64,000 bases of DNA from Squalus acanthias (taxonomy: Eukaryota), in contig CM059438.1 in the NCBI GenBank assembly GCA_030390025.1, positions 65,040,001 to 65,104,000 on the forward strand. The letters run 5' to 3'. Shown one piece after another: positions 34,369-48,389 of the stretch (its first letter is position 1; every line of letters starts with the position of its first letter). The notes beneath the pieces are model-generated. The model saw only the letters and a list, made by a program, of their open reading frames with translations. It did no database searches and was not told where the DNA came from. The translations under genes and the position numbers were made by a program.

Positions 34369-36588
34369 GGGTCGATTTTCTTTCTGGCATACGTCGGGTG
34401 GGCAGTGGGCAAGTTGTCCACCCTGCCTCCCCGATGACATTGGCAGAAGGCCCGGTCGATTTTCGTGATCGGGCCTCATTTACACACAAGAGGTGAGTTG
34501 CCAATGCTAATAGACAGCTCATCTTTTGGGAGGGTGCGGAAAATCTGCCCGACCTGCCGCTTCTTAAAAGAGAAGTGGAGTTTTCATTGCTGGGGAGTGG
34601 AGAGCGCGTTTGTGAGGCCGCAGACCGAATGACCACAGTCAGAACACCCCAAATTGCAGATACTGCTGCAAAATTGCTCATGGAGTAAGTGAGGACCAGG
34701 AAGGAGGTCCTCTTTCCTTCAAGTGAGAGATTAGTGCCACTCCAAACCGGCCAACAGGCATGGAGAGAGGTGACAGAGCAGGTCAATGCCAGCAGCATCG
34801 TTCACAGGACCTGGGAAAAGTGCTGGAAAAAATGCAATGACCTTACCAGGACAGGCAAGGTAAGACTTCTCTTCACATCTCTCTTGCATTGTCTACAGAA
34901 ATGCAAACCACACTTTGTCCCCAGCATTACCGAGCCTTCTCTCCGCTGTTGCACAAACCTCTCCTCCAATCACATGAGACACTGTACCACACCTCCTTCT
35001 GCTTCCACTCAGCCATTCAACACCTGCTACTGCCCTCATGGCTATTCTCTCCTCTTGGCTACATTTGTTGCTTCTTCCTCTGAGCATGAACACTATGATA
35101 AGCTGTCTCACATTTCTTCACAGCCCTTCCATAGAGCATACACTAACCCATTGTCACTCTTCTTGCAGGAGAAGGTGACACACATGGTAGGGCTAATACA
35201 AGAATCGGACGGGGTGCAGCCATGTGGCAAACTCTTATTTCAACAGCGAACACCACCATCAACATGTTTGGCAGAGAGAGGAAATGCTTCATTGAAGGTG
35301 GCAATGCTGGAGGCCATGCACAGTAGGGTGTTTGGACATTTTCTCTTACATTTCCATTTGCACTTAACTCTCTAGTTCACACACACATACACACACTCAG
35401 CGTGACAACCTGCTGATATATTGAACTGCCACTCGTGCTTCTGTCTCCCCTTGCCATTATGCGCTAACCCTTGTCCCTATGTTGTTTTTCTAGGCCCTTC
35501 AGACAACTTGGGCCTTGCAACCGTGCAGATGGAAGGAGACAACCCTCCCAAGGAGGCACCTTTGTTCCCCTCATAACTTCCCAAGCATCATTTGCGACAT
35601 GGCTGCACCTCCTCTGATTCTTGTATTCTCCCTACCATATGTGTCACGTTCTCCTGCAAGACGAGTGACAGTGGGTTAGTGTGTGCTCTATAGAAGGGCA
35701 TTGAAGATATATGAGGCAGCTTAGCACAGAAATAGGCCCCCCAGGCGGTAGTAAGTTCGAGAGAGTTTGCACAGGGTGATTCACTCAGCAAAAGTGAGCA
35801 GGAATAGGTACAAACTGATAGGCCAGCCCAGGAAATGGCTCAGCAGAGAGAGAGCTTAGGTCCCAGCTCTGCGGAAGAGGACAGAGATGCAGACTTTCGG
35901 GGATTAGCCTTCAAGAGAAAAATGTTTCTTGAGCACCAATAATTGCTTAATGTATTGGGCAGCCTGACAGTCTGTTGGGCATGGTAGAGGAGCCCACTGC
36001 CAACTAATCTGGGGTTCTGGTGCACAGCACTGACAGTCTGCGGTTAGCCATGGAGCGCGAGGTCACCTCAATGTACCCTGCAGCTGGGCCCTCCTTGCAG
36101 GAGTGTCAAAGATAATCATACTGGCACCTTGCTGACACTGGGCTCCATATCTCCTCTGGCTGGGAGACTGAAAGGGTAGTGACATGAATCTTGTATGAAG
36201 TAATACTGGGCGGCCTGCTGGTGGCGCTGTCCAGGGAGAGTATAAATACTCGGGCATGGGCCCAGCTTGCCTAGGACATTCCTCAACAGGAATTAGTTAA
36301 GGACACAACTAGATCTCCATGTTGGAAAACAGTTGATTAAAGCTTTATTTAACGCTTAGACCAAGTGTCTAGTAGTTTTCTTACGTCAGATAGGGTCTTC
36401 AGTCACATCGTAGGTGTCCTGCAGTCTGCTCTCCCCCAGATCAGTGGGAGTGCTGAGCCGCAGCCTGATAGCAGGGGCAGTCGTGCGTTGGGAGTGGAAC
36501 ATGTTGCTCTCTCTCAAGAGATGCTTGTCACCCCCCTCAATCAATGCCCATGCTGATGCCAGAGAGTGGACAGAGTTAAAATCAGCCC
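34369..36588 (+). mobile_element. Decayed non-autonomous Harbinger retaining a Myb-like pseudogene
   Basis: Ends GGGTCGATTTT / AAAATCAGCCC (TSD not matched). Exon 1 relic RKEVLF..WREVTEQVNA..RTWEKCWKKCNDLTRTGK/GTAAGA; acceptor TTGCAG at 35163-35168, in the same position as in the intact gene. No transposase seen. Confidence 0.7.
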
Positions 36589-37329
36589 TCACACAAGCTT
36601 AGCTTTGTGAAAAGTGGAATCACTTTGCACTGATGCTGAAGTTGTGATGTAAAAACACGTTCCATTTCCCAGATGACTATTCTTCTGGCCTTTCTGTGTG
36701 AGACTGCAATTCCTGCTAAACTAAAGACAATTTTGCACTGTGGAATTGTGTCTGCAAGGAACTCGATTGAAATTATATAAACTCATTTTTTTTTTCAAAC
36801 CCCTTACGGCTATCACAGACAGAAGACTTTCATCCAATTAGCCTGAGCTGGAGTCAGGCAGTTGGCAAGACCGTTTATTAGAAGGTTTGTCAGATGGTAT
36901 CCTGGTGCATTTTGCGCTGTATTGTGAACTGCAGGAAATGAGTTACAAACATGGTTTTTCACAGGGTGACTGCACTCCAGAGAGGTGGCGTGGGAGGGTG
37001 AATACTTTGGTTGTTTAGATGCTCTGCACCATGGAGTGGTGAGGTGCTAAGCTCGGTGGGGTTACTAGAGGAGAGAAAAGAGATGCTCAGTACTTTTCCA
37101 GAGGCAGAAAGAGATAGTCAACCTGGACAAGTCGACCAGCATTGCACTAACATATTTCCAAATCATGGAATGGCAACAGCAAAGTTCTGCCGGTCCTCTT
37201 GATCTAGGAATAACGTCCATTGTCAGGGAGAAAAAGAAATAAGCTGCAAGAGAAACAGTTTCTATTTAGTGGGTCTTTCAGGAAAACATGTTTTACCCCC
37301 TTTGACTTGACCGCTCTTCTAAGTTTGGA

Positions 37330-40078
37330 TGGGGTACATTTGCCATGATTCCTCCATCACCATCCCTGGGTATGTCCTGTCTCACTGGCAGGACAGACCC
37401 ACCAGAGGTGGCGGCACAGTGGTATACAGTCAGGAGGGAGTGGCCCTGGGAGGCCTCAACATTGACGCTGGACCCCATGAAATCTCATGGCTTCAGGTCA
37501 AGCATGGGCAAGGAAACCTCCTGCTGATTACCACCCACCACCCTCCCTCAGCTGATGAATCAGTACTCCTCCATGTTGAACACCACTTGGAAGAAGCACT
37601 GAGGGTAGCAAGGGCACAGAATGTACTCTGGGTGTGGGATTTAAATGTTAATCACCAAGAGTGGCTCGGTAGCACCACCAAGCTGGCCGAGTCCTGAAGG
37701 ACATAGCTGCCAGACTGGGACTGCAGCAGGTGGTGAGAGAACCAAAACGAGGGATGAACCTACTTAACCTTGTCCTCACCAATCTACCTGTCGCGATGCA
37801 TCTGTCCATAATAGCATTGGTAGCAGTGACCACCACACAGTCAATGTGGAAATGAAGTCCTGTCTTCAAACTAAGGACACCCTCCATCGTGTTGTGTGGC
37901 ACTACCACCGTGCTAAATGGGATAGATTTAGAACAGATCTAGAAGCTCAAAACTGGGCATCCACGAGGCGCTGTGGGCCATCAGCAGCAGCAGAATTGTA
38001 TTCCACCACAATCTGTAACCTCATAGTCCGGCAATTCCCTCACTTTACCATTACCATCAAGCCAGGGGACCAACCCTGGTTCAATGAGGAGTGCAGAAGA
38101 GCATGTCAGGAGCAGCACCATGCAAACCTAAAAATGAGGTGCCAACCTGGGGAAGCTGCAACACAGGACTACATGCATGCTAGACAAGGGAAGCAGCATG
38201 CTACAGACAGAGCTAAGTGATCCCACAATCAACAGATCAGATCAAAGCTCTGCAGTCCTGCCACATCCAGTCGTGAATGGTGGTGGACAATTAAACAACT
38301 AACGGGAGGAGGAGGCTCCATGAACATCCCCATGGCGGAGCCCAGCACGTGAGTGCAAAAGACAAGGCTGAAGCGTTTGCAACTATCTTCAGCCAGAAGT
38401 GTCGAGTAGGTGATCCATATCGGCCACCTCCTGAGGTCTCCATCATCACAGAAGCCAGTCTTCAGCCAATTCGATTCACTCCACGTGATATGAAGAAATG
38501 GCTGTGCGCATTGCATACAGCAAAGGCTATGGACCCCGACAACATCCCGGCTGTTATGCTGAAGACTTGTGCTCCAGAAATAGCTGCGCCTCGAGGCAAG
38601 CTGTCCCAGTACAGCTACAGCACTGGCATCTACCCGACAATGTGGAAAACTGCCCAGGTATGTCCTTTCCACAAAAAGCAGGACAAATCCAATCCGGCCA
38701 ATTACTGCCTCATCAATCTACTCTCAATCATCAGCAAAGTGATGGAAGTTGTCGTCGACAGTGCTATCAAGCGGCACTTACTCACCAATAACCTGCTCAC
38801 TGATGCTCAGTTTGGGTTCTGCCAGGGCCACTTGGCTCCAGACCTCATTACAGCCTTGGTCCAAACATGGACAAAAGAGCTGAATTCCAAAGGTGAGGTG
38901 AGAATGACTGCCCTTGACATCAAGGCAGCATTTGATCGAGTGTAGCATCAAGGAGCCCGAGTAAAATTGAAGTCAATGGGAATCAGGAACTCTCCACTGG
39001 CTGGAGTGATACCTAGCACAAAGGAAGATGGTTGTATTTAGTGGAGGTCAATCATCTCAGCCCCAGGACATCACAGCAGGAGTTCCTCAGGGTAGTGTCC
39101 TAGGCCCAACCATCTTTAGCTGCTTCATCAATGACCTTCCCTCCATCATAAGGTCAGAAGTGGGGATGTTTGCTGATGATTGCGCAGTGTTCAGTTCCAT
39201 TCACAACTCCTCAGATAATGAAGCAGTCCATGTCCAAATGCATCAAGACCTGGATGACATTCTGGCTTGGGCTGATAAGTGGCAAGTAACATTCGTCCCA
39301 TACACATGCAGGCAATGACTATCTCCAACAAGCGAGAGTCTAACCACAGCCCCTTGACAGTCAAGGGCATTACCATCGCTGAATCCCCCACTATCAACAT
39401 CCGGCGGGGGGAGGTCACCATTAACCAGAAACTTAACTGGACCAGCCACATAAATACGGTGGCAATAAGAGCAGATCAGAGTCTAGGTATTCTGCGGCAA
39501 GTGTCTCACCTCCTGACTCCCCAAAGCCTTTCCACCATCTACAAGGCACAAGTAAGGAGTGTGATGGAATACTCTCCACTTGCCTGGATGAGTGCAGTTC
39601 CAACAACACTCAAGAAGCTTAACACCATCCAAGACAAAGCAGCCCGTTTGATTGGCACCCCATCCACCACCTAAAACTTTCACTCCCTGCACCATTGGCG
39701 TACCGTGGCTGCAGTGTGTACCATCTACAAGATGCACTGTAGCAACTCGCCAAGGCATCTTTGGCGGCACCTCCCAAACCTGCGACCTCTTCCACCTAGA
39801 AGAACAAGGGCAGCAGGTGCGTGGGAACACCACCACCTGCAAGATCCCCTCCAAGTTACACACCATCTTGACTTGGAAGTATATCGTTGTTCCTTCATCG
39901 TCGCTGGGTCAAAATCCTGGAACTCCCTCCCCAACAGCACTGTGGGAGTACCTTCACCACACGGACTGTAGCGGTTCAAGAAGACGGCTCACCACCACCT
40001 TCTCAAGGGCATTTAGGGATGGGCAATAAATGTTGGCCTTGCCAGTGACGTCCACATTCCAGAAACTAATTAAAAAAA
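37330..40078 (+). mobile_element. Non-LTR retrotransposon (same family as 12535-14072), EN+RT, multiply disrupted
   Basis: EN: DR..RGGG, SDH-like. RT: DIKAAFDRV, GVPQGSVLGP, FADD. 3' AATAAA and A-rich tail. Confidence 0.93.
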
Positions 40079-40369
40079 CAACTTAAACATGACTGTTTGG
40101 TAATTTACTTCCCTCCTACAATCTACCGTTTGCAACTCTTCGAGCAATTAATGTGTTCCACTGATTAAACACGTGTTCATGTGTTACATTCTGACGCCAG
40201 CCTGGGTTTGTCAGACAGAAGAAATGCAGACAGGACAAGTAAAATGGAAAGGAGGCAAAGCAGTTATCTAACTTAGAATCGTACAGCACAGAAGGAGGCC
40301 ATTCGGCCCATCAAGCTTGTACCGGCTCTTTGAAAGAGCTATTCAATTAGTCCCACTCCCCTGCTCTTT

Positions 40370-40856
40370 CCTGGGATTGACTCCTGGGATGGCAGGACTG
40401 TCGTATGAGGAGAGATTGGGTCGACTAGGCCTGTATTCACTAGAGTTTAGAAGAATGAGAGGGGATCTCATTGAAACGTATAAAATTCTGACAGGGCTAG
40501 ACAGACTGGATCCAGGGAGGATGTTTCCCCTGGCTGGGGGGTCTAGAACAAGGGGTCACAGTCTCAGGATATGGGGTAGGACATTTAGGACTGAGATGAG
40601 GAGAAATTTCTTCACTCAGAGGGTGGTGAACCTGTGGAATTCTCTACCACAGAAGGCTGTGGCAGCCAAGTCACTGAATATATTTAAGAAGGAGATAGCT
40701 AGATTTCTAGACGCAAAAGGCGTCAAGGGGTATGGGAAAAGAGAGCGGGAATATGGTATTGAGATAGAGGATCAGCCATGATCATATTGAATGGCGGAGC
40801 AGGCTTGAAGGGCCAAATGGCCTACTCCTGCTCCTATTTTTCTATGTTTCTATGTT
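40370..40856 (+). mobile_element. CR1 3' fragment nested in an opposite-strand CR1 tail (40275-40880)
   Basis: The minus-strand tail CCCCTGCTCTTTC...CCCATAGCCCTG is split by this insert; compare the intact form at 17275-17300. Confidence 0.9.
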
Positions 40857-41647
40857 TTCCCATAGCCCTGTACCATTTTTACTTCTGCTGCCAGAAGGCA
40901 AAGAATAACTCTCCTCTCCCAGCCTCCCAGTAAATCTGCCAAATAGAATAACCACACTGCCCATTCCTTTTGGCTGCTGCCTGCCAACCACAGTAGTTAC
41001 GCATGTCCTCTGCCCGGTGTGCCGATCATTATCCTGGATAAGTGGAGGTTAGCATTCTGCACAGCTATGATGGATACTCCAATGTGTTTACTTCAGTCAA
41101 GAGCCGTACAACTAATTGCACCATTTCGACACTTTCCTGAGACTGGCTTTCTCCAAAATATTTTGAGGAGATTCATCTTTATGCAATATTAAAATCTACA
41201 GGCAACCACAAAGCAATCTCAATATAAATTTCAAACTCAGGTTTGCTAAATTGAAGTGACCCCATTAGAAAACTATCACCCAGCCATCCCTGATCATGAT
41301 AGTAAATTGAGAATTGCAATCAGAGGGTAATATTATATTGGCTTGATTTAAAAAAAAGTTAACCAGAGAAATGACAGGGAGGTTACCTTTGAAGAAAACT
41401 GAATTCCAAGTCGATTCATATTCATTACAAAATGTTTACTGCTAGCTTTTACTGTAGTGTTCAGCGTTCATCAAACAGCAAAGGGAATTAATGTGATCGT
41501 GTTGCAAATTTTGAGGACGAAATGGGAATCATACCAAAAGAAGGTGCAAAGTAACTCAGACGGGTGGAGGGGAGGGACAATTTTACTCGGGGAGGGGTTA
41601 ATTTTCTAAGGAAGCACAGGTGGTGGGCAACCTCTCCAGCCACCATT

Positions 41648-42411
41648 GGCCCAGAAATTCGCGTGGCCGGCTTGCCGCGGGGGTAAGGATCGCGCGCGCT
41701 CTTACCCACCACGCCTGCCGTTGTGTTTTGGGCCCACGGGAACTTCGGGTCCTGGGCCTCTCCCAAGAGCCGGCGCGCAGTGCTTGCGTGTTCCAGGAGC
41801 GCAGTTAGTACGATGCGACCCCTGGGATCACGTGGGCCATGGAGAGCCAATGGCAGCAGACCATCTTTCATTCATAGATTTGACAGGAGACCTGTCAAAT
41901 CTGTGAATTGAAATCGGCCCCAAAAGAACAGCTAAACTTAAAATAAATTTTTTAAAAACCCATCACATTTATAAAATAACTATAGTTAAATAAATTAACC
42001 ACTTTAAACAAAAATTTTAATTTTTGAAAAAATTAAAATACTTTTTAAAAGTTATAAAAATAAACTTACCTTTCTTTAAAGTATCTAAAAAAGATAAACC
42101 TGTTGAAAAAAAATTAAAATGATACTTAATTAACCACTTACCTTGTTCAAAAGGGGTCTTACACCTCCTTTTTATTCGTGTAGTATCTTCAATACTTACC
42201 CTTGCGTAGAAACCTGAAAAAAAATCTAAGTGTGCTGCGTGCGCGCAGCCTCTAGCGCGCACGCGGTTCACCTAGGAACCGCCCCCTTCACCATACCGGA
42301 AGTTCCGGTTTCCCGCGCATGTGCAGTGCATGCAGGAAACCGACACTTCGGGAATCAATACGGGTGAGTACACACTGTGTACTCACGTAGGAAGGGCCGA
42401 ATTTTTGGGCC
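41648..42411 (+). mobile_element. MITE, GGCCCAGAAATT family
   Basis: TIRs GGCCCAGAAATTC / GAATTTTTGGGCC, GC-rich arms and AT-rich core. Reverse-orientation homologue of 54199-54942. TSD imperfect (ATT/AAA). Confidence 0.88.
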
Positions 42412-42794
42412 AAATTATGTATTGGAAAATCGCTGACGAGGTGCCCACTCTTTTTTGTGCCCACATAGATGGAAAACTGTTGGTAGCACGCCAGTCATTT
42501 TGTAATAGGTGATGGCAGCGCTTGAGATTCTCACCACTGGCACACGCTCAGAATATTACCTCTCATGTAGAGAGCCAAAAAAAAATGATTTTACTGGACT
42601 GTCATTATAAACTTCGAACAGTTTCCTGCACGTTTGGGGGGGTCCAGTTTCAGCTGATTCAAAAGGAACTGAAAGTCTCCCTGTTTGAGATGGTGTTAAA
42701 TGTAACCTGGATAATGGGTTCAAGAAACACAGACCCCGTCTCGCTCTTAATTTCGCAATCTGTTTTTGATCGTCAGATGTAGAGGCAAGGAAAA

Positions 42795-43200
42795 GAGTTA
42801 CATTTATATGGCTCCCTTCACAACCTCAGGATGTCCCAAAACGCTTTACAGCCTGTGAAGTACTTTTTCAACTGTAGTTACTTTTGTAAGGTAATTGAAA
42901 CACGGCAGCCAATTTGCACAAGCTCCCACACACAGCGTTGAGATACATGACCGTATCATCTGTTTTACTGATATTGGTTGAGGGCTAAATATTGGCCAGG
43001 ACACTGGGGAGAACTTCCCTGCTCTTTTTCAAATAGCACCATGGGATCGTTTAGATCCATCCGAGAGGGCAGAGGGGGCCTCAGTTTTATGTCTCATCTG
43101 AAAGACAGCACTTCTGACTGTGCAGCACTCCCTCAGTGTTGCACTGGAGTGTCAGTCTAGATTTTGTGCTCAAGTCTCTGGAGTGGGGCTTGAACCAATG
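42795..43200 (-). mobile_element. SacSINE1-like DeuSINE
   Basis: Reverse complement of the 61861-62310 family. Confidence 0.88.
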
Positions 43201-43239
43201 ACATTCATAATTTACAACAAATATACATTCCTTTAAGGC

Positions 43240-45276
43240 ACAAAAACCCCACAGGAAAAGTGGTCCAACCGTGGCTAACAACAGTAGTTAAAGATAGTAT
43301 TAGATCAAAGGAAGAGGCTTATAATGTTGCCAAAAAGAGTAGTAAGCCTGAGGATTGGGAGGCTTTTAGAATTCAGCAAATGAGGACCAAGAAATTGATA
43401 GAGAAAGGGAAAATAGAATAAGAGTAAATTAGCGAGAGACATAAAAACAGACTGTAAAAGCTTCTATAGGTATGTAAAAAGGAAAAGATTAGCGAAAGTA
43501 AATGTGGATTCCTTACAGGCTGAGACAGGAGAAATTATAATGGGGAATAAGGAAATGGCAGAGAAATTAAACAAATACTTTATGTCTGTCTTCACGGAAG
43601 AAGACGCAAAAAACTTCCCGGAAATAGTGGAGAACCAAGGGTCTAGCGAGAATGAGGAACTGAAATAAATCAGTATTTGTAAAAAAAATGATGCTGGAGA
43701 AATTAATGGGACTGAAAGCCAATAAATCCTCTGGACCTGATGGCCTACATCCTAGGGTTTTGAAAGAGGTGGCTATAGAGATAGTGGATGCATTGGTTGT
43801 CATTTTCCAAAATTCCATAGATTCTCGAACGGTTCCCGCAGATTGGAAGGTAGCAAATGTAACCTGACTATTTAAGAAAGGAGGGAGAGAAAAAAATGGA
43901 GAACTACAGACCATTTAGCCTGACATCAGCAGTAGGGAAAATGCTAGAATCTATTATTAAGGATGTAACAAGTCACTTAGAAAATAATAATAGGATTGGG
44001 AGAGTCAACACGTATTTATGAAAGGGAAATCGTTTTTGATGAATCTGTTAGAGTTTTTTGAGGTTGTAACTAGCAGAATAGATAAGGTGGTGTATTTGGA
44101 TTTTCAGAAGGCATTCAATAAAGTGCCACACTAGAGGTTATTAAACAAAATTAGTACTCATGGGATTGGGGGTAATAACCTACAATGGATTGAGGATTAG
44201 TTAACGGACAGAAAATAGAGAGTAGGAATAAACGGTCATTTTCGGGTTGGCAGACTGTAACTAGTGGGGTAACGCAAGGATCTTGGGTCTTGGGCTACAG
44301 CTATTCACAATCGATATCAATGATTTGGATGAGGGGACCAAATGTAATATATCCAGGTTTGCTGATGATACAAAGCTGGGTGGGAAGATAAGTTGTGAGG
44401 AGGATGCAAAGAGGCTTCAAGGGGATACAGACAAGCTAAGTGAGTGGGCAAGAACATGGCAAATGGAATATAATGTGGAGAAATGTGAAGTTATCCACTT
44501 TGGTAGGAAAAATAGAAAAGCAGAGTATTTTTTTAATTGTGAGAGATTTGGAAATGTTGGTGTTCAGAGGGACCTGGGTGTCCTTGTACATGAATCACTG
44601 AAAGTTAACATGCAGGTACAGCAAGCAATTTGGAAAGCAAATGGTATGTTCGCATTTATTACAAGAGGATTTGAGTATAAGAGTAAAGACGTCTTACTGC
44701 AATTATATAGGGCCCTGGATTATTGTGTACAGTTTTGGTCTCCTAACCTAAGGAAAGATATACTTGCCATAGAGGGAGTGCAACGAAGGTTCACCAGACT
44801 GATTCCTGGGATGGGAGAATTGTCCTATGAGGAGAGATTGAGTAGACTAGGCCTATATACTCTAGAGTTTAGAAGAATGAGAAGTGATCTCATTGAAACA
44901 TACAAAATTCTTACAGGACTTGACAGGGTAGATGCAGGGAGGATGTTTCCCCTGGCTGGGGAGTCTAGAACCAGGGGTCACAGTCTCAGAATAAGGGGTT
45001 GGCCATTTAGGACTGAGATGAGGAGAAATTTCTTCACTCAGAGGGTGGTGAATCTTTGGAATTCTCTACCCCAGAGGGCTGTGGATGCTCTGTCGTTGAG
45101 TATATTCAAGACAGAGATCGATAGATTTTTGGATATTAAGGGAATCAAGGGATATGGGGATAGTGCAGAAAAGTTGAGTTGAGGTAGAAGATCAGCCATG
45201 ATCTTATTGAATGGTGGAGTAGGCTAGTGGGGCCAAATGGCCTACTGCTGCTCCTATTTCTTACGTTCTTATGTTC
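43240..45276 (+). mobile_element. CR1 LINE, 5'-truncated, degraded RT
   Basis: FADDTKL, YCVQFWSP and RRMRSDLIE motifs; stops upstream; CR1 tail. Confidence 0.93.
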
Positions 45277-45414
45277 TGACTCGGAGGTGAGAGTGCTACC
45301 ACTGAGCCACAGCTGACAAGTTAAATGTGGAGAGTGGCAGACTGATGTTGGCATTTTCCTCAATTTTCAGCCCAGCTTCAATCTTCAGAACATGGTTGTT
45401 TGGTGGCTTTCCTG

Positions 45415-45690
45415 ATGTTCAATCATTAAAAGCCGCTGCTGAGTATGGAACTGAGCCATACAGAGCGGTCAGATCCCTGGTTTGTGCTGAGTTAGTTGAT
45501 CTCAGCTGGGGAAGTGATAGGAATGCTACAGTTAGCCCCAGTTGTCCCTGAGCTAGGGAGGATAGAGTTACCCACAAGTCCAGCTCCTGATCAGTAAACA
45601 GTGCTTCCAGCCGGAATAGTGTACAAGTGTGCATGCTGGGTTGTGGAGTTGATCGAGCCTGGCTGTCATGCCCTTGCCACAGTCAAATAG
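45415..45690 (+). mobile_element. Old tRNA-type SINE relic
   Basis: GATCCCTGGTTTGTGCTGAGTTAGTTGATCTCAGC; similar to the minus strand of 8815-9150. Confidence 0.4.
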
Positions 45691-46963
45691 CTCAGCGCCG
45701 TTCACTGCTCAGAATTATACACTGACGTTTAAGGAACTGTAGACCGGTACAACTCAGCACCTTGAGGAAAAGAGGGCAGACAATTGGGTGGGGATATGTT
45801 CTCAATATGCCCTTTATTTCTTCATTAAACACAAGAGCTCCCAATGGAAATTGAGCTCTGAACATTGAAATTAAAAATGCCGTATTAAAGCTTGAGGCTT
45901 CGTTCATGTACTTGAACAATAATGTCTAGCCGTGGGTTGCACTTTGGTGCAAAGAAGATTGATCCATGGGCCTCCTAATGACTGCTACTGCAATAAAGCA
46001 GTGTTTATGGAGCCACATACTGACTCTGAAAATTGCACTATATTAAATTTATCAGATAAGCAAGAAGATAAAAAGGACAAACAAACTTTTACCATGACCA
46101 GATGTTGTGTTTGTGATGTGCCCCAGCGGGCTCCAGGATTAGAAAGATTTTATGTTTGTTTAATAGTAGACTCCATGGCAGTCACCCAGAAATTGCTGTT
46201 CACATTTCCCAGGAGACGTCATACCAATCTTGGAAAAGTACAGCCACTTTCTGACTGAAAATTTACAACATAATTGTTCAGATGATTTGTGTTTAGTGAG
46301 CAGATGAGAAGCAATTCCTGGTGCAAGTTGAAGTTTGCATTGCAACCACAACCTTCAGGCTAAACAAACTACAGCCTTGGTTACGTTCAGCAATGGCATA
46401 AACTTGTATAACATCTTTAGTGCAGCAAAATGCCCTCAGGCACTTCACCGATTCCGAGCACGGAAAGTTTGGGGAGGGGATGCCCAAGGAAGTAAGCTTT
46501 GAGGATTCATTTGAAGATGGAGGGAGAGTAAGCAAGGTGGATGGGATTGGGAAGAGATTTCCAGCGAGGAGACCATGATGGCTCAAAGCCCCTCCGTCAA
46601 TGGTGGAGCAGAAGGAAGAGGGGAGACACGGTTTTCTAGGCGATAATTTTAGGGATAAAAACAGAAAATATAGGAAATATACGACAGGTCCACCGCCATC
46701 TGAAAAGAGAAAAAGCACTTCAGTATTTCAGCTTGAAACCCTTTGTTAGAACTCAAATCAACAAATTTAACTTATCATTTTTCTTTTCAGGGGCTCATCA
46801 ACCTGCTGCATATTTCTAGCATTTTCTCTATTTCAGATTTCTAGAATTTGCAGTTTCTCTTTTTGTTAATCATTTCAGGAATTTTTTTTTACCATTAGGT
46901 TAGAGAGAGGGCTCTGTGCTTTTAGCCAGAGAATATTTGTTCATTGCAATCCTCAGACACCGA

Positions 46964-48389
46964 GGCGGCCAAATTCCCCTCATTTGTGCCTCCGGTGGGA
47001 GGCGCTAATGGGGCGCGAATAGCTTTGCGCCCCCGCCTCCCCCCCCCACCCCACCCGAGGCGATAATCGCGCCTCCCCGCGAACTTCCGCGGGAGGTTAG
47101 CAGTGGCGTCCCGGGTAGTGCCCCGATCTCCTGCACCCGGAGATCATGAGATGGCCCAGATATTCCGATTACAGGCCTCCTGCGGGTGGAGGGCTGCGAT
47201 CTGGAAAAATCTGCGTCAAGACCGGAGGGCTCCCGGGAGGCGCACAGTTCCGATGCTGGGCCTCTCCAAACTGCTGGAGTGCAGGGCCCACGTATCCCAG
47301 AGGCGCAGGTAGTTCGCAGCGTCCCTGGGAAGCACGTGGGCCATGGGGAGCCAATCAAAGAAGGGAATCTCTCTTCATACATTTGACAGGAAGACCTGTC
47401 AAATATATGAATGGAGACCACCCCCAAAATATAGTAAAACATCAAATAAATTTTAAAAATCACATTTTTAAAATGACTTGAAAGTACAAATAAATTAACT
47501 TTTTAAACAAAACTTTAAATTTTTGAAAAAAATAATTAAAGTTTTTTACGGGGCTAAAAATAAACTTAGCTTTTTTTAAAGTATTTTTAAATGATAAATC
47601 AGTGGGAAAAAAAAATATTTTTTACTTTTTTCAACTCTTATCCTGGTAAAAGCAGGCCTTACACCTGCTTTTACCAGGCGCAAGAATTGTAAGGATTTTC
47701 TGCGGGCGGAGGGTCTCCAAAAAGCAGAACTATCCGCCCGCAGAGGCCCTTCTCCAGGGCAGGCGGAGGATCTGTCAAGAGCTTTCTTGACAGATCGGAA
47801 ATGCCGGTTTCCAGCGCATGCGCTGTGCATGCCTGAAACCGGCATTTCCGATGTCCCTACGGGTGGGTACACAGCGCGTACCCACCCATAGGGATCGGGA
47901 TATCTGGCCCGATGTCATCTCCAGGAGCAGCGCCCCAGTAGCACCTCGTAAGAAAAATTCCCCCTTGCGTCCCGCAGCAGCGCCGGACGATGTTACCGAC
48001 TGCTGCAGGGATCGCGCGAATACTGAGGCCAGCTGCTCGCAGGGCGCAACTTGGGCGGCCGGCCCGCCCCAAAAATCTGATTTTTAAAATATTTATTTTC
48101 GGCCACCGGTCACGGCGTCCGTGCCACGATCGCGCGGCACTCCTGCTCCCCGGTGGCCCAGATATCTAAAAATAAACCTGCAGAGCTCGCAGCGGGGAGC
48201 CCTTCCCTTTAATTGAGGGAAGAGCCCCTGCAACGCGGCAGTGCCACGCTTGGCCACTTGTGGCGCTGCTGAGCACTTCGCCCCGGATCGGGACATTCCC
48301 CGCCTCTTGTGCTCCACTTCCCTCTTGGAAGAAAAAAAATGGGAATTTAACCAATGTTTGAAAAGGTTAGTGCCAGGAATTTCACCCCC
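46964..48389. mobile_element. Non-autonomous Harbinger derivative (outer element of a nest)
   Basis: Left end GGCGGCCAAATTCC..GGCGCTAATGGGGCGC resembles the reverse complement of 6440-6522. Right end GGAATTTCACCCCC. Flanks CGA/CTA; the right boundary is less certain. Confidence 0.65.
47153..47910 (+). mobile_element. MITE, GGCCCAGA family, nested
   Basis: TIRs GGCCCAGATATTCCGAT / ATCGGGATATCTGGCCC, with perfect TSD GAT (47150-47152, 47911-47913). Confidence 0.92.

Noticed and set aside
46720..46865. Another hammerhead-family copy
   Set aside because: Recognisably related, but the core is destroyed (CTAACAA instead of CTGANGA), so it is not called as a ribozyme.
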